NCBI GenBank assembly: GCA_964016885.1
Contig: OZ024762.1
Location: forward strand, 2,728,001 to 2,792,000
Reading direction: 5' to 3'
DNA length: 64,000 nt
Source: Eledone cirrhosa
Taxonomy: Eukaryota
The notes beneath the pieces are model-generated. The model saw nothing but the letters and a program-made list of their open reading frames with translations, ran no database searches and was not told the DNA's origin. This document shows positions 12,147 to 25,649 of the stretch, one piece after another (position 1 is the stretch's first letter; each line of letters begins with the position of its first letter). Both the position numbers and the translations under genes were made by a program.

Positions 12147-12714
12147 GTGCGTCTTATCTTCCTTTTCTTTTTTATTAACTTGTTCCTCCTCCCTCCACCT
12201 CTTCCTTCTCCTCTCCCTCTTATTCTCTTCTTCCCCTCACTGCTTCTCATCCTCACTTCCTTCTCCTCTTCCTCTCCTCCCCTTCTTTCCTTCAATGTAG
12301 AAACTAGAATTTGAAAATTGTACTAAACAACAATACCAATAACATTACTACTACTGCTACTACTACTACTACTACTGCTACTACTACTACTACTACTTCT
12401 AATAATAATGATAATAATTTTTTCTAACATTGGTACAAAGCCTGTACCAGTAGTTAACTGGTACCATCTCTATAGTTAAGCTGTCTTTCATAAGCTTGCA
12501 CTGTTACCGAGTTCAAACCCTAGTGTGTGGAATTTGGTTTGGTTTTGGTTTGGTTTGTCCTGTGAAATTGTTCTTCCCGTCCCTCTTTCTCCACTCCCTC
12601 TCCTCTCCCAGTAGTTACTAATACTAATACTAATAGTAACTAATACTTCACTGGTAGCAACTGTTTAGGTTTTACTGTTGTTTAAACACTTCTAACCTTT
12701 ACTACCGATCATTG

Positions 12715-13447
12715 TTATGACATATCTAGTTCTCTGTGTGTGCTGTGACATATCTAGTTGTGTGTGTTATGACATATCTAGTTCTCTGTGTGTGCTGTGA
12801 CATATCTAGTTGTGTGTGTTATGACATATCTAGTTGTGTGTGCTATGACATATCGAGTTCTGTGTGTGTTATGACATATCTAGTTCTGTGTGCTATGACA
12901 TATCTAGTTCTGTGTGTGCTGTGACATATCTAGTTCTGTGTGTGCTGTGACATATCTAGTTGTGTGTGCTATGACATATCTAGTTCTGTGTGAGTTATGA
13001 CATATCTAGTTCTGTGTGTGCTGTGACATATCTAGTTGTGTGTGCTATGACATATCTAGTTGTGTGTGTGTTATGACATATCTAGTTGTGTGTGCTATGA
13101 CATATCTAGTTCTGTGTGAGTTATGACATATCTAGTTGTGTGTGTGTTATGACATATCTAGTTGTGTGTGAGTTATGACATATCTAGTTCTGTGTGAGTT
13201 ATGACATATCTAGTTCTGTGTGTGCTGTGACATATCTAGTTGTGTGTGCTATGACATATCTAGTTGTGTGTGTGTTATGACATATCTAGTTGTGTGTGTG
13301 TTATGACATATCTAGTTGTGTGTGTGTTATGACATATCTAGTTGTGTGTGTGTTATGACATATCTAGTTGTGTGTGTGTTATGACATATCTAGTTGTGTG
13401 TGTGTTATGACATATCTAGTTGTGTGTGTTATGACATATCTAGTTGT
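12715..13447. repeat. 22-24 bp minisatellite (TGACATATCTAGTT(GT)n)
   Basis: About 30 tandem units. Confidence 0.9.
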
Positions 13448-13579
13448 GGTGGTTGCAGTGGTGGGGGAGATAATGGTGGTGATGATGATTATGATGGTAG
13501 TGGAGATGGTAATGCTGATGAATTTAACAATCTGTGGTAGTTGTGAGGAAATATGGTCGACTTCATTAAGTCCCACTGA

Positions 13580-15425
13580 CACCACACCACCACACCACAC
13601 CACCACACCACACCACCACACCACACCACCACACCACACCACACCACCACACCACACCACCACACCACACCACCACACCACACCACACCACCACACCACA
13701 CCACCACACCACCACACCACCACACCACCACACCACACCACCACCACCACACCACACCACACCACCACCACACCACCACACCACCACCACACCACACCAC
13801 ACCACACCACACCACCACACCACACCACCACACCACCACACCACCACACCACACCACACCACCACACCACCACACCACACCACACCACCACACCACACCA
13901 CCACACCACCACACCACCACCACCACACCACCACACCACCACCACCACACCACACCACCACACCACACCACCACACCACACCACCACCACCACACCACAC
14001 CACACCACCACCACCACACCACACCACCACCACACCACCACACCACACCACCACCACCACACCACACCACACCACCACCACCACACCACACCACCACACC
14101 ACACCACCACACCGCACCACCACCACCACACCACACCACCACACCACCACACCACACCACCACCACCACACCACACCACACCACCACCACCACACCACAC
14201 CACCACCACACCACACCACACCACACCACACCACACCACACCACCACACCACCACACCACCACCACCACACCACACCACACCACCACACCACACCACCAC
14301 ACCACCACACCACACCACCACACCACACCACCACCACCACACCACACCACCACACCACACCACCACACCACACCACCACACCACACCACCACACCACCAC
14401 CACCACACCACCACACCACACCACCACACCACCACCACCACACCACCACACCACACCACACCACCACACCACCACCACCACACCACCACACCACACCACC
14501 ACCACCACCACACCACACCACACCACACCACCACCACCACACCACACCACCACCACACCACCACACCACCACCACCACACCACACCACCACACCACACCA
14601 CACCACCACACCACACCACCACACCACCACACCACCACACCACACCACCACCACACCACACCACACCACCACCACCACCACACCACACCACCACACCACC
14701 ACCACCACCACACCACACCGCCACCACATCACACCACCACACCACCACACCACCACCACCACACCACACCACCACACCACCACCACCACACCACCACACC
14801 ACCACCACCACCACACCACACCACCACACCACCACACCACCACCACCACACCACACCACCACCACCACCACCACCACACCACCACACCACCACCACCACA
14901 CCACCACACCACCACCACACCACACCACCACACCACCACCACCACACCACACCACACCACCACCACACCACCACCACACCACCCCCCCCCCCCCCCCACA
15001 CCCCCCCCCCCCCCCCACCACCCCACCACCACCACACCACCACTACACCGCATATACCATCACCACCACCACCACCACCACACCACACCACCACCACACC
15101 ACCACCGCACCACCACCACCACCACCACACCACCACCACACCACCACCACCACCACACCACCACCACCCCACACTACCACCACCACCACCACACCACCAC
15201 CACACCACCACTACACCACATATACCATCATCACCACCACCACCACCACCACCACCACCACCACCACACCACCACCACACCACCACCGCACCACCACCAC
15301 CACCACCACCACCACACCACCACCGCACCACCACACCACACCACCACCACCACCACCACCACACCACCACCACACCACCACCACCACCACCACCACACCA
15401 CACCACCACCACACCACCACCACCA
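13580..15425. repeat. (CCA)n/(CCACA)n low-complexity tract
   Basis: 1.8 kb almost purely C/A on + strand. Confidence 0.95.
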
Positions 15426-15806
15426 TTATCTATAAATCACAGTAATAACCACATTTCACCTGGACTTTTAATTTACTGAAAGGGTTAGGGTAAGGGTGTG
15501 TATGTATGTATGTGTGTACATATGTATGTGTATGTGTGTATGTATGTGTGTACATATGTATGTGTGTATGTGTATGTGTGTATGTATATGTATGTGTGTA
15601 CATATGTATGTGTCTACATATGTATGTGTCTACATATGTATGTGTCTACATATGTATGTGTCTACATATGTATGTGTACATCTGTATATGTATAAGTCAA
15701 TATTTGTATGTATGCATATATATATATATCGGCATGTGTGTATATATATATATATACACACATATATTGGTATCTGTGTGTGTATATATATGAATGTATC
15801 AGCATG

Positions 15807-15841
<35 letters not shown>

Positions 15842-16248
15842 GTAATAGCATGTATCCGTGTATGTTTATATTTGAATATATATCTTTTTGTGTCTATATG
15901 TGTATATTTATGTTTGTGTCTGTATATAGTTATATCTCTATGTGTGTGTGTGTCTCTATGGCTGTATCTGTATATCAGTATCTCTGTGTGTGAGAGTTGT
16001 GTACTTCTGTGTGCGAGTGTATGTGTGTATATGTGTGTGCGTGTGTGTGTGTATATATGTGTGCCTGTGTGTGTGTGTATATGTGTGCGTGTGTGTATGT
16101 GCGTGCGTGTGTGTGTGTGCGTGTGTGTATATGCGTGTGTGTGTGTATGTGTGTGCATGTTAAAAATAAATTTGGTTTTTGTTTTTCATAAATTTAAACT
16201 CATTACAATTTTGAAATATTACAATAAACACACACACACACACATGTG

Positions 16249-16286
<38 letters not shown>

Positions 16287-16546
16287 TTGCCAAATTCTTT
16301 TCAAAGGATTTGAGCTGCGTTTGCATACATATGTGTATATTACTACTGCACACACACATGCACGCACATACATGTGCACACATATTCACAAACACACATA
16401 TGTACAAAGACAAACACACACACATGTACAAAGACAAACACACACACATACAAAGACACACACACACATGTAATGCATTTAGTTTTTAAATGTGAAAAGT
16501 ATTTTGTTGTATTCTTGGCTAATAAAATATATTTAGGTATACATTC

Positions 16547-16596
<50 letters not shown>

Positions 16597-17039
16597 CGTA
16601 CGTATACACATGTATACATTCATGTGAGTGTATATATAAATATACAGCGTACGTATACACATGTATACATTCATGTGTGTATATATATATATATAGCCTA
16701 CGTATACACATGTATACATTCATGTGTGTAAATATATATATACACAGCCTACGTATACACTTGTATACACACACATGTACATGTATATATACACACACAT
16801 GTACATGTATATATACACACACATGTACATGTATATATACACACGCATGTATACACACACATGTATACACACACATGTACATGTATATACACACACATGT
16901 ACATGTATATATAATTTGGCCAAATATATTTTGCAAGTGTAATTTATTAGTGTTATGTTTGCTGTCAAAAACAATGAAATATTTCAGGAAATGTCGAAGT
17001 AAATATATAATTATAGATATATACACACAACTATATTTA

Positions 17040-17095
<56 letters not shown>

Positions 17096-17154
17096 CTATA
17101 TATATGTAGTGTATATATATAGACACACACAACTCTCTCTATATATATACATAC

Positions 17155-17187
<33 letters not shown>

Positions 17188-17409
17188 ACTAAAAAATAAT
17201 TTATATATAGAGAGAGAAGATATTTTGAATGAAATCAATCAATATTTGATAGATTGATAATTAGCAACAGATCAATAGTGGATACAGTGATAATTTGCTG
17301 ATAATGTGTGAGAATAACGAGAGTTGTGGGGAGGTGGGGTCTGCTCTGAGATAACCAACACCTATAATTTAGTTGAGAAAATGGTGTTTTATTCTGTGTT
17401 TATTTGCCT

Positions 17410-18375
17410 CAGCCATCCACACAGCCACCACAAATAGCAGCTGTGACATCACAGGGCCTTGTTTAACACCTCCTACTACCAAAATATATTGGGGGAAAAG
17501 GGTGTAACAAGGAGGCTAAATTCCCTTTAAATTCCTGCCTAAGCCACCAGTAATAGCAGCTGACATCACAGAGAGTCTTGTTTAACACCTACTTCCACCT
17601 AAATATATATTTTGGAGAGAAGAGGTGATTTAATAAAGAGGGTCTAGTTTATGCTAGAAATAACAGCTAAATTCTCTTTAAATTCTTGTCCCAGACCCCA
17701 TAAATAGCTGCTGTGACATCACAGAGAGCCCTGTTTGACACTTACTACTACCAAAATATATATTTTTGAAGTGAGAGGTAATATAACAAAGAGTATCTAA
17801 TTTATGTTAGAAATAACAGCTAAATTCCCTTTAAATTCCTGCCTAAACCACCAGAAATAGCAGCTGTGACATCACAAGGTCTTGTTTAACACCTACTTCC
17901 ACCTAAATATATATTTTGTTTTGGGCAGAGGTAATGTAACAAAAAGTATCTAGTTGCTGCTAGAAATAACAGCTAAATTCCCTTTAAATTCCTGCCTAAG
18001 CCACCAAAAATAGCAGCTGTGACATCACAGAGAGCCTTGTTTAACACCTCCTACTACCAAAATATATTGGGTGAAAGGGTGTAACAAGGAGGGTCTTGTT
18101 TCTGTTAGAAATAGCAGCTAAATTCCCCTTAAATTCCTGTCTAAGCCACCATAAATAGCAGCCTTGTTTAACACCTCTACCAAAATATATATTTGGTGGG
18201 AGGGATGTAAGAAAGAGAGGAGGTACCCTTTGTTGCTGATCAAATCTGCTAGAAATAGCAGCTCAACTATCTTCGTTTCTCACTGTTTAGTCTTGAAAAA
18301 GATAGAACATGACACTAAAACATTCTTGCTAGAAATAGCAGTCAAATTACCCTCAAATAGCAGTAGTAACATCAC
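17410..18375. repeat. About 110-145 bp tandem repeat, 6-7 copies
   Basis: AATAGCAGCTGTGACATCACAG...GTTTAACACC...TAGAAATAACAGCTAAATTCC units. Confidence 0.85.
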
Positions 18376-19168
18376 ATAACCTTGTATAACACCTGCAATA
18401 TGTGTGCGTGTGTATATATATATATGTGTGTGTGTATGTGTATATATATATGTGTGTGTGTGTATATATATATATGTGTGTGTGTGTATACATGTGTGTA
18501 TGTATATATATATATATGTGTGTGTAGGTATATGTGTGTATGTATATATATATATGTGTGTATGTATATATATATATGTGTGTATGTATATATATATATA
18601 TGTGTGTATGTATATATATATATATGTGTGTATGTATATATATATATGTGTGTGTGTATCTGTATGTGGGAGATACATATGTGTATATATGTATATCTAT
18701 GTGTATGTGTGTGTATATATATATATGTGTGTGTATGCATGTATACACCAGAATATACATACAGATTGTCTTATTTTTGTCATTGCCTAACCCTGTTAAC
18801 TCTCTCACTTTGTCTCTCTCTCTCTCTCTCACTCCTTCTGTCTCTCTGTCTTACTCTCTATCTCACTCACTCTCTTACTCTTTCTATCTCACTCACTCTC
18901 TTACTCTTTCTATCTCACTCACTCTCTTACTCTTTCTATCTCACTCACTCTCTTACTCTTTCTCTCTCTCTCACGCACTCTCACTCTATCTTACTCTCTC
19001 TCTCTCTCTCACTCTCTATCTTACTCTCTCTCTCACTGTCACTCCCTCTCTGTCTCCCTCACTCCCTCTCTGTCTCCCTCACTCCCTCTCTGTCTCCCTC
19101 ACTCCCTCTCTATCTTACTCTATCTCCCTCTCTCTCTATCTTACTCTCTGATTCTCTCTCTCTCTCAG

Positions 19169-19328
19169 TAATTATGAAGATGACTTTGAAGCTGATGATG
19201 AAGATATAATCCAAGAAGAGCTCGTTAGTCCTGCCAGTGACTTCCTCCGACAGAGGTCTTCAATGCCAAGAACCACATCAAGTATTCGGGACCCGTATTA
19301 CTTCAGGAACGGGGATCTACATTTCTAG
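19169..19328 (+). CDS. PPP2R3A: PP2A B'' terminal coding exon
   Basis: Long CT tract + cag|; phase 2 fits previous exon; (I)NYEDDFEADDEDIIQEELVSPASDFLRQRSSMPRTTSSIRDPYYFRNGDLHF* (acidic EDDFE tail resembles that of homologues). Confidence 0.85.
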
Positions 19329-20369
19329 TCTACCTGCCAAAATACCTGCCTAATTAATTAATTATCTAAATACCTGTCTAATTAATTAATTACTTACTAA
19401 CCTACCTTTATAATTGCCTACTTACCTGCCTACCTATCTAATTACCTGCATATCTGCCTGCCTGCCTAATTACCTACCTAATTAACTACTTTAATTACCT
19501 GCCTCTCTGCCTAATTACTTATCTAATTACCTACCTATCTGCCTACCTGCCTGTCTGCCTAATTACCTATCTACCTGTATATTTACCTGTCAGCCCACCT
19601 ACTTGCCTACATTAATTACCTACTATCTGCCTAATTACCTACCTAATTATCTACTTTAATTATCTGCTTATCTGCCTGTCTCCCTACATACCTATCTACC
19701 TGCCCATCTACCTGTGTACTTACCTACCTGTCAGCCCATCTATCTGCCCACCTACTTGCCTACCTGTCTTTCTACCTACCTACCTACCTGCCTGCTTACC
19801 TCTCATTTGCCCACCTGTTTACCCACCTACCTATTTTCATTTTTAGTTTATCTAGCTAATTACCTCCCTACCTCGATTTCTACTTACCTGTCTAATTACT
19901 ACCACTACTACCACTACTACTACTACTACTTCCATCACCATCTCTGCTAATATTTCCACTACTACTATTACTATCACCCCACCACCACACTACTACTACT
20001 ACCACCACCACACTACTACTACTACCACCACTACCACCACCACCATTACTACTATCACCACCACCACCACCACCACCACCACTCTATTTGTGCCAACAAT
20101 TACAACAATCTAAGCTTGAGAAGTTATCCTGCAGCCATGACGGATGACTTGTCTTTGTGTCACCCTGTCACTGACCTGTCACCCTGTCACTGACTTCTCA
20201 TGTCATCATCACTGACCTGTCATCCTGTCACCTAGCTATCATCCCGTTACCCTGTCACCTAGCTATCATCCTGTCACCCTGTCACCTAGCTGTCATCATG
20301 TTGCTATACTGATAATGGCTGACCAGAGCTGTATTATTATATCTGGAATTACCATGGCAACATGTCCTG

Positions 20370-20655
20370 TCATCATAATTTAATTGACTCATCATAATTT
20401 AATTGACTGCCACCACAATTTAATGGATTGTCATCACAATATAATGGACTGTCATAATTTAATTGACTGCTATCATAATTTAATGGACTGCTATCATAAT
20501 TTAATGGACTGTCATAATTTAATTGACCTCTATCATAATTTAATTGACTCTTGTCACAATTTAATGGCTTGCCATCATAATTTAATTGATTGTCATTATA
20601 ATTTAATGGATTGCTACCATCATTTAATGGCTTGTCATCTTAATTTAATGAACTG
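20370..20655. repeat. 18-21 bp minisatellite in putative 3' UTR
   Basis: TCATAATTTAAT(T/G)GACT units. Confidence 0.8.
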
Positions 20656-21121
20656 CTACTACCACTCAGGTTATTGTCATTCCACTTAAAATACTGTCAT
20701 CACCATTTATCACTCACCACCACATCACAAACTCACCACCACACCTATACTGCTGGTGACCACCATCTAAACACTCACCACCACCACCACTATACTACTC
20801 ATCACCATCACTACATTGCTAATAGTCATTACCACTATTTTGGCTGTCATCACCACTATACTACACACCACCACCACCACCACTATACTACACACCACCA
20901 CCACTACTATACTATGTCATCACTACATTGCTAATAGTCATAGAATTACTAAAATGGTTTCTTTGCTCTTTTTATTTATTTTCTTTTTTTCTTTGGAATG
21001 GAATGGAATGGAAACTGTAAGTTGTATATCTTGTAAAAGACATTGGTTTTGTCCAGGTCCTTCTCAAAATAACCCCCATACCCTACCCCTTCCCCCCTTC
21101 CCCCTCCCCACAAAAAAAAAA

Positions 21122-21166
21122 CAATAAAAAAAACAAAACATAAATAAATGAAGAATAAAATAAACT
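21122..21166 (+). terminator. Cluster of AATAAA signals, possible 3' end of PP2A B'' mRNA
   Basis: Several AATAAA hexamers about 1.8 kb past the stop codon; A-rich context makes this weak. Confidence 0.3.
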
Positions 21167-21555
21167 AAACCGACTCTGGAGAATGAAATGAGTGTGCTAA
21201 TTTTATAGAATTGAGTTGGGAACCAGTTAATGTCTTTAAATATTTTCTGAGAAATCCATATGTTATTTTTGTTGAAACGGCAATATCAGTAAAAAAACAA
21301 AAAAACAAAACACAAAAAAAAACACAAAAAAATTTAATGTGCTTTAAACAATCAAAATTGTTTCTGTTTGATTTATTATTTGAGTTTGTTTCTTTATTAT
21401 TATTGTTGTTATTGTTGTTGTTGTTTTGAGGTCGTGTTTCGGCCTTTCATCTCTTCCAGGTTCAATAAAATAATATACCCCTGAAGAACTAGGGTTACCC
21501 CCCCCCCCCCCCCCACACACACACACTTCAAATAGCTGGCCTTCTGCGTAATTAT

Positions 21556-21820
21556 TTTGCCTTTCATCCTTCCGGGGTCGATAGAATAAAGTACCAGTAA
21601 TGTACTGGGTAATTGCTGGCCTTGTGCCAAAAGTAGAAACAATTATTATTATGCTTTGCAGCATAGTTATGGCCCTTTACGTTCTGAGTTCAAATCCCTC
21701 CGAGGTTAACTTTGCCTTTCATCCTTACAGGGTCGATAAAATAAAGTACCAGTAATGTACTGGGGTCAACTTATCCCAAAATTACTGGCCTTGTGCCTAA
21801 AGTAGAAACCATTCATTATT
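21556..21820 (+). mobile_element. Tandem Nin/Deu-domain SINE copies
   Basis: Two cores and two tails. Confidence 0.78.
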
Positions 21821-21849
21821 AATATTGTTGTTGTTCTCTCTCTCTCTCT

Positions 21850-21900
<51 letters not shown>

Positions 21901-22409
21901 CTCATTTTATTATAGAAATGGTTTCTACAGGATTAGGACTGTTTCATTCATAAGAAATCATCTGGATTTTCCTGATGATTGCTTATGAATCACTACCACC
22001 GACCACAACAATAACATCAGTACCACCACCATCATCACCAACACCAACACCAACACCACCGCCACAATCACTATCACCAACACCACCACCTACACCACCA
22101 ACAGCACCATCATCACTACCACCTACACCACCACAATCACTACCACCATCATCATTACCACCATCACCACCACTACCACTACCACCAACACCACCAGTAT
22201 CACTACCTCCAACACCACCACCACCACCCTCCTCCCACCAACATCATACCCCCTAACACTACCCCCCACACCACTACCCGCTATCACCACCACCACCATC
22301 CTCACCATCACTAGGACCCCCCCCCCCTCCCCTCAACAAAGGTTAATTAATAAACATAACTTCAATTAAAAATCATTTCCTTATCTTGAAAGTGAAACTT
22401 TTCTTTAAT

Positions 22410-23080
22410 GTGTGTATAGTGATGTATATAGTGATGTATATATGTGTATAGTGATGTATATATGTGTATAGTGATGTCTATATGTGTATAGTGATGTATA
22501 TATGTGTCTATAGTGATGTATATATGTGTATAGTGATGTATATATGTGTATAGTGATGTATATATGTGTCTATAGTGATGTATATATGTGTATAGTGATG
22601 TATATATGTGTATAGTGATGTATATATGTGTCTATAGTGATGTATATATGTGTATAGTGATGTATATATGTGTATAGTGATGTATATATGTGTCTATAGT
22701 GATGTATATATGTGTCTATAGTGATGTATATATGTGTATAGTGATGTATATATGTGTATAGTGATGTATATATGTGTCTATAGTGATGTATATATGTGTA
22801 TAGTGATGTATATATGTGTATAGTGATGTATATATGTGATGTGTATATATGTGATGTGTATATATGTGATGTGTATATGTGTGATGTGTATATATATGTC
22901 TATATGTGATGTGTATATATGTCTATATGTGATGTATATGTGTCTATATGTGATGTGTGTATAGTGATGTCTATATGTGTATAGTGATGTCTATGTGTGT
23001 GTATAGTGATGTGCATATATGTGATGTGCATATATGTGATGTGTATATGTGATGTGTATATATGTCTATATGTGATGTGT
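22410..23080. repeat. 20-22 bp minisatellite
   Basis: TATAGTGATGTATATATGTG units. Confidence 0.85.
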
Positions 23081-23959
23081 ATATGTGTGTGTGCCTGTCA
23101 CCGTGTGTGTGTCTGTGTATGTATATGTGTGTCTGTCTCTCTCTCTCTATATATATATGTGTGTCTGTCTCTCTCTCTCTATATATATATATGTGTGTCT
23201 GTCTCTCTCTCTCTATATATATATATATGTGTGTGTGTCAGATTATATAATGTACAGCTTATCTCTCTTAAAAATTAATTGAAATCTTTAAAAAAACAGT
23301 GAGGGACAGCAAATAGTGTGTGTGTGTGTGTCTGTGTGTGTATATGTGTGTGTGTGTATGTCGGGTATATATGTATATGTATGCATATCTGTGAATGTGT
23401 AAGTATATATATATTTTCATGTATATATAGATACATATATATGTTTATGTATATATAAGTATTTGTATGGCTATCTATGTATATATCTATATAGATATAT
23501 ATGCACATATATATATGTGTGTGTGTGTATGTATGTAATATTTGTGTGTGTGTATGTATCTATATTTGTGTGTGTGTGTGTGTGTGTTGTTTGTTTGTCT
23601 CTGTTTACTGTTTATGTATAGTAACTTAGCAGTATGACAAGAAAGAGATCGATAAAATGAATATCATATTTGGATAAAATAAGTTCTGTGGTTGATATGA
23701 ATGAGTAAAATAGTGTTGAAGGGGTTGCCCCAGCATGGTCGCATTCTAACTACTGAAGCCAATATATATATATATATATAAAGAGAGGGGGGGGGGTTCA
23801 TGTGTGCTAATATTGAAAGACTGTGTATCTGTCTGCATGTGTGTGTCTGTCTGTCTGTCTGTCTATGTGTGTGTGTCTGTCTATATGTGTGTGAGTGTCT
23901 GTCTGTCTATATGTGTGTGTTTGTCTGTCTGTGTGTGAGTGAGTGTGTCTGTCTGTGTG

Positions 23960-23994
<35 letters not shown>

Positions 23995-24117
23995 ATGTGT
24001 GTCTGTCTGTCTGTGTGTGTGTGTGTGAGTGTGTGTGTGTTTGTCTGTCTATATGTGTGTGTGAGTGTGTGTGTGTCATTATGTGTGTGTGTGTGTGTGT
24101 GTGTGTGTTTGTCTGTC

Positions 24118-24157
<40 letters not shown>

Positions 24158-25082
24158 ATTATGAAAAGGTCCAGTAAAAATCAATGTGCTTCTACCCAAG
24201 TGGAAAAAAAGCCGAAGACCCTGTTGTACCTGACTGGAACCCTGCCAGTTTGGCAACTTAGCAGCTGGCAACACCAGCACCATCATAATTACTACCATCA
24301 TCACTACAACCACTATCATCACCATCCTTACAACCACCATCACCACCATCACCAACCTCACCATCACTACAACCACCACCATCACCAACCTCACCACCAC
24401 CACCAATACCACCACCATCACCACCACCACCAACCTCACCACCAACACCACCACCATCACCACCACCACCAACCTCACCACCACCACCAGCACCGCCACC
24501 ACCGCCGCCACCACCAGCACCACCACTACCACTACCATCAACACCACCACCACCACCACCACTACCACTACCAACACCACCATCAACACCACCACCACCA
24601 CCACCACCACTACCAACATCACCACCACCACCATCACCACCACCACCACTACCACTACCACCACCACCACCACCACCACTACCACTACCAACACCACCAT
24701 CAACACCACCACCACTACCACTACCAACACCACCATCAACACCACCACCACCACCACTACCACCACCACCACCACTACCACTACCAACACCACCATCAAC
24801 ACCACCACCACCACCACCACTACCACTACCACTACCAACACCACCATCAACACCACCACCACTACCACTACCAACACCACCATCAACACCACCACCACCA
24901 CCACCACTACCACTACCACCACCACCACTACCACTACCAACACCACCATCAACACCACCACCACCACCACCACCACTACCACTACCACCACTACCACCAC
25001 TACCACTACCAACACCACCATCAACACCACCACCACCACTACCACTACCACCACTACCACCACCACCACCACTGAAGACATG

Positions 25083-25320
25083 TAGTTCAATGGTTGTTAT
25101 CCAGCTCACAATGTTAAGATTATGAGTTCAATTCCCAGGTAGGTGTTGTGCCCTTGAGCAAGAGACTTTATTTTCACATTGTACCAGTAATTCAATGGAG
25201 TCAGTCTTGTCACATGCTGAATCCCTGTGAGAACTACATTAGGGGTACACATGTCTGGGGAGTGCTTGGCCACTTGCACAGTTATAGTGGATCGAACAAC
25301 TGGCAGGCTCTCATTGGTGA
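25083..25320 (+). mobile_element. tRNA-derived SINE (same head family)
   Basis: GAGTTCAATTCC, CCTTGAGCAAGAGACTT, ends in (CA)n; further degenerate copies at about 52330-52510 (-) and 54600-54860 (+). Confidence 0.7.
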
Positions 25321-25351
<31 letters not shown>

Positions 25352-25649
25352 CACACACATGTATTGATATACGCACATACACATAAACACACATTTGACT
25401 CTCTCTCTAAACGTTTCTATACTTAGTCCCCCCCCCCTCTTCTTAGCCGGTTTCAACCTGGCCCCTCTCACTGTGTATATATATATGTGTCTGTGTGTAT
25501 ATGTACAATATATATATACGACATGTATGTACAATATAGATATACCGGTTATATATGTGCATATTTACAATGTATGTTTATATACTTTCCTCCCTCACTC
25601 TATGTATCTGTATATATCTTTATATATATATATATATCTTTATATATAT

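Noticed and set aside
12715-13447. CRISPR-like regular repeat
   Set aside because: Intervening sequences are just (GT)n variants, not unique spacers; eukaryotic intron; no cas genes
13368-15479. 703-aa His/Thr/Pro-rich ORF and overlapping antisense ORFs
   Set aside because: Translation of a (CCA)/(CCACA) tract that cannot contain stops; open in several frames; intronic
23807-25109. Poly-Val/His/Gly ORFs
   Set aside because: (CAC)n microsatellite with no splice or homology support; the same applies to 37802-38170, 42765-43512 and 48037-48630
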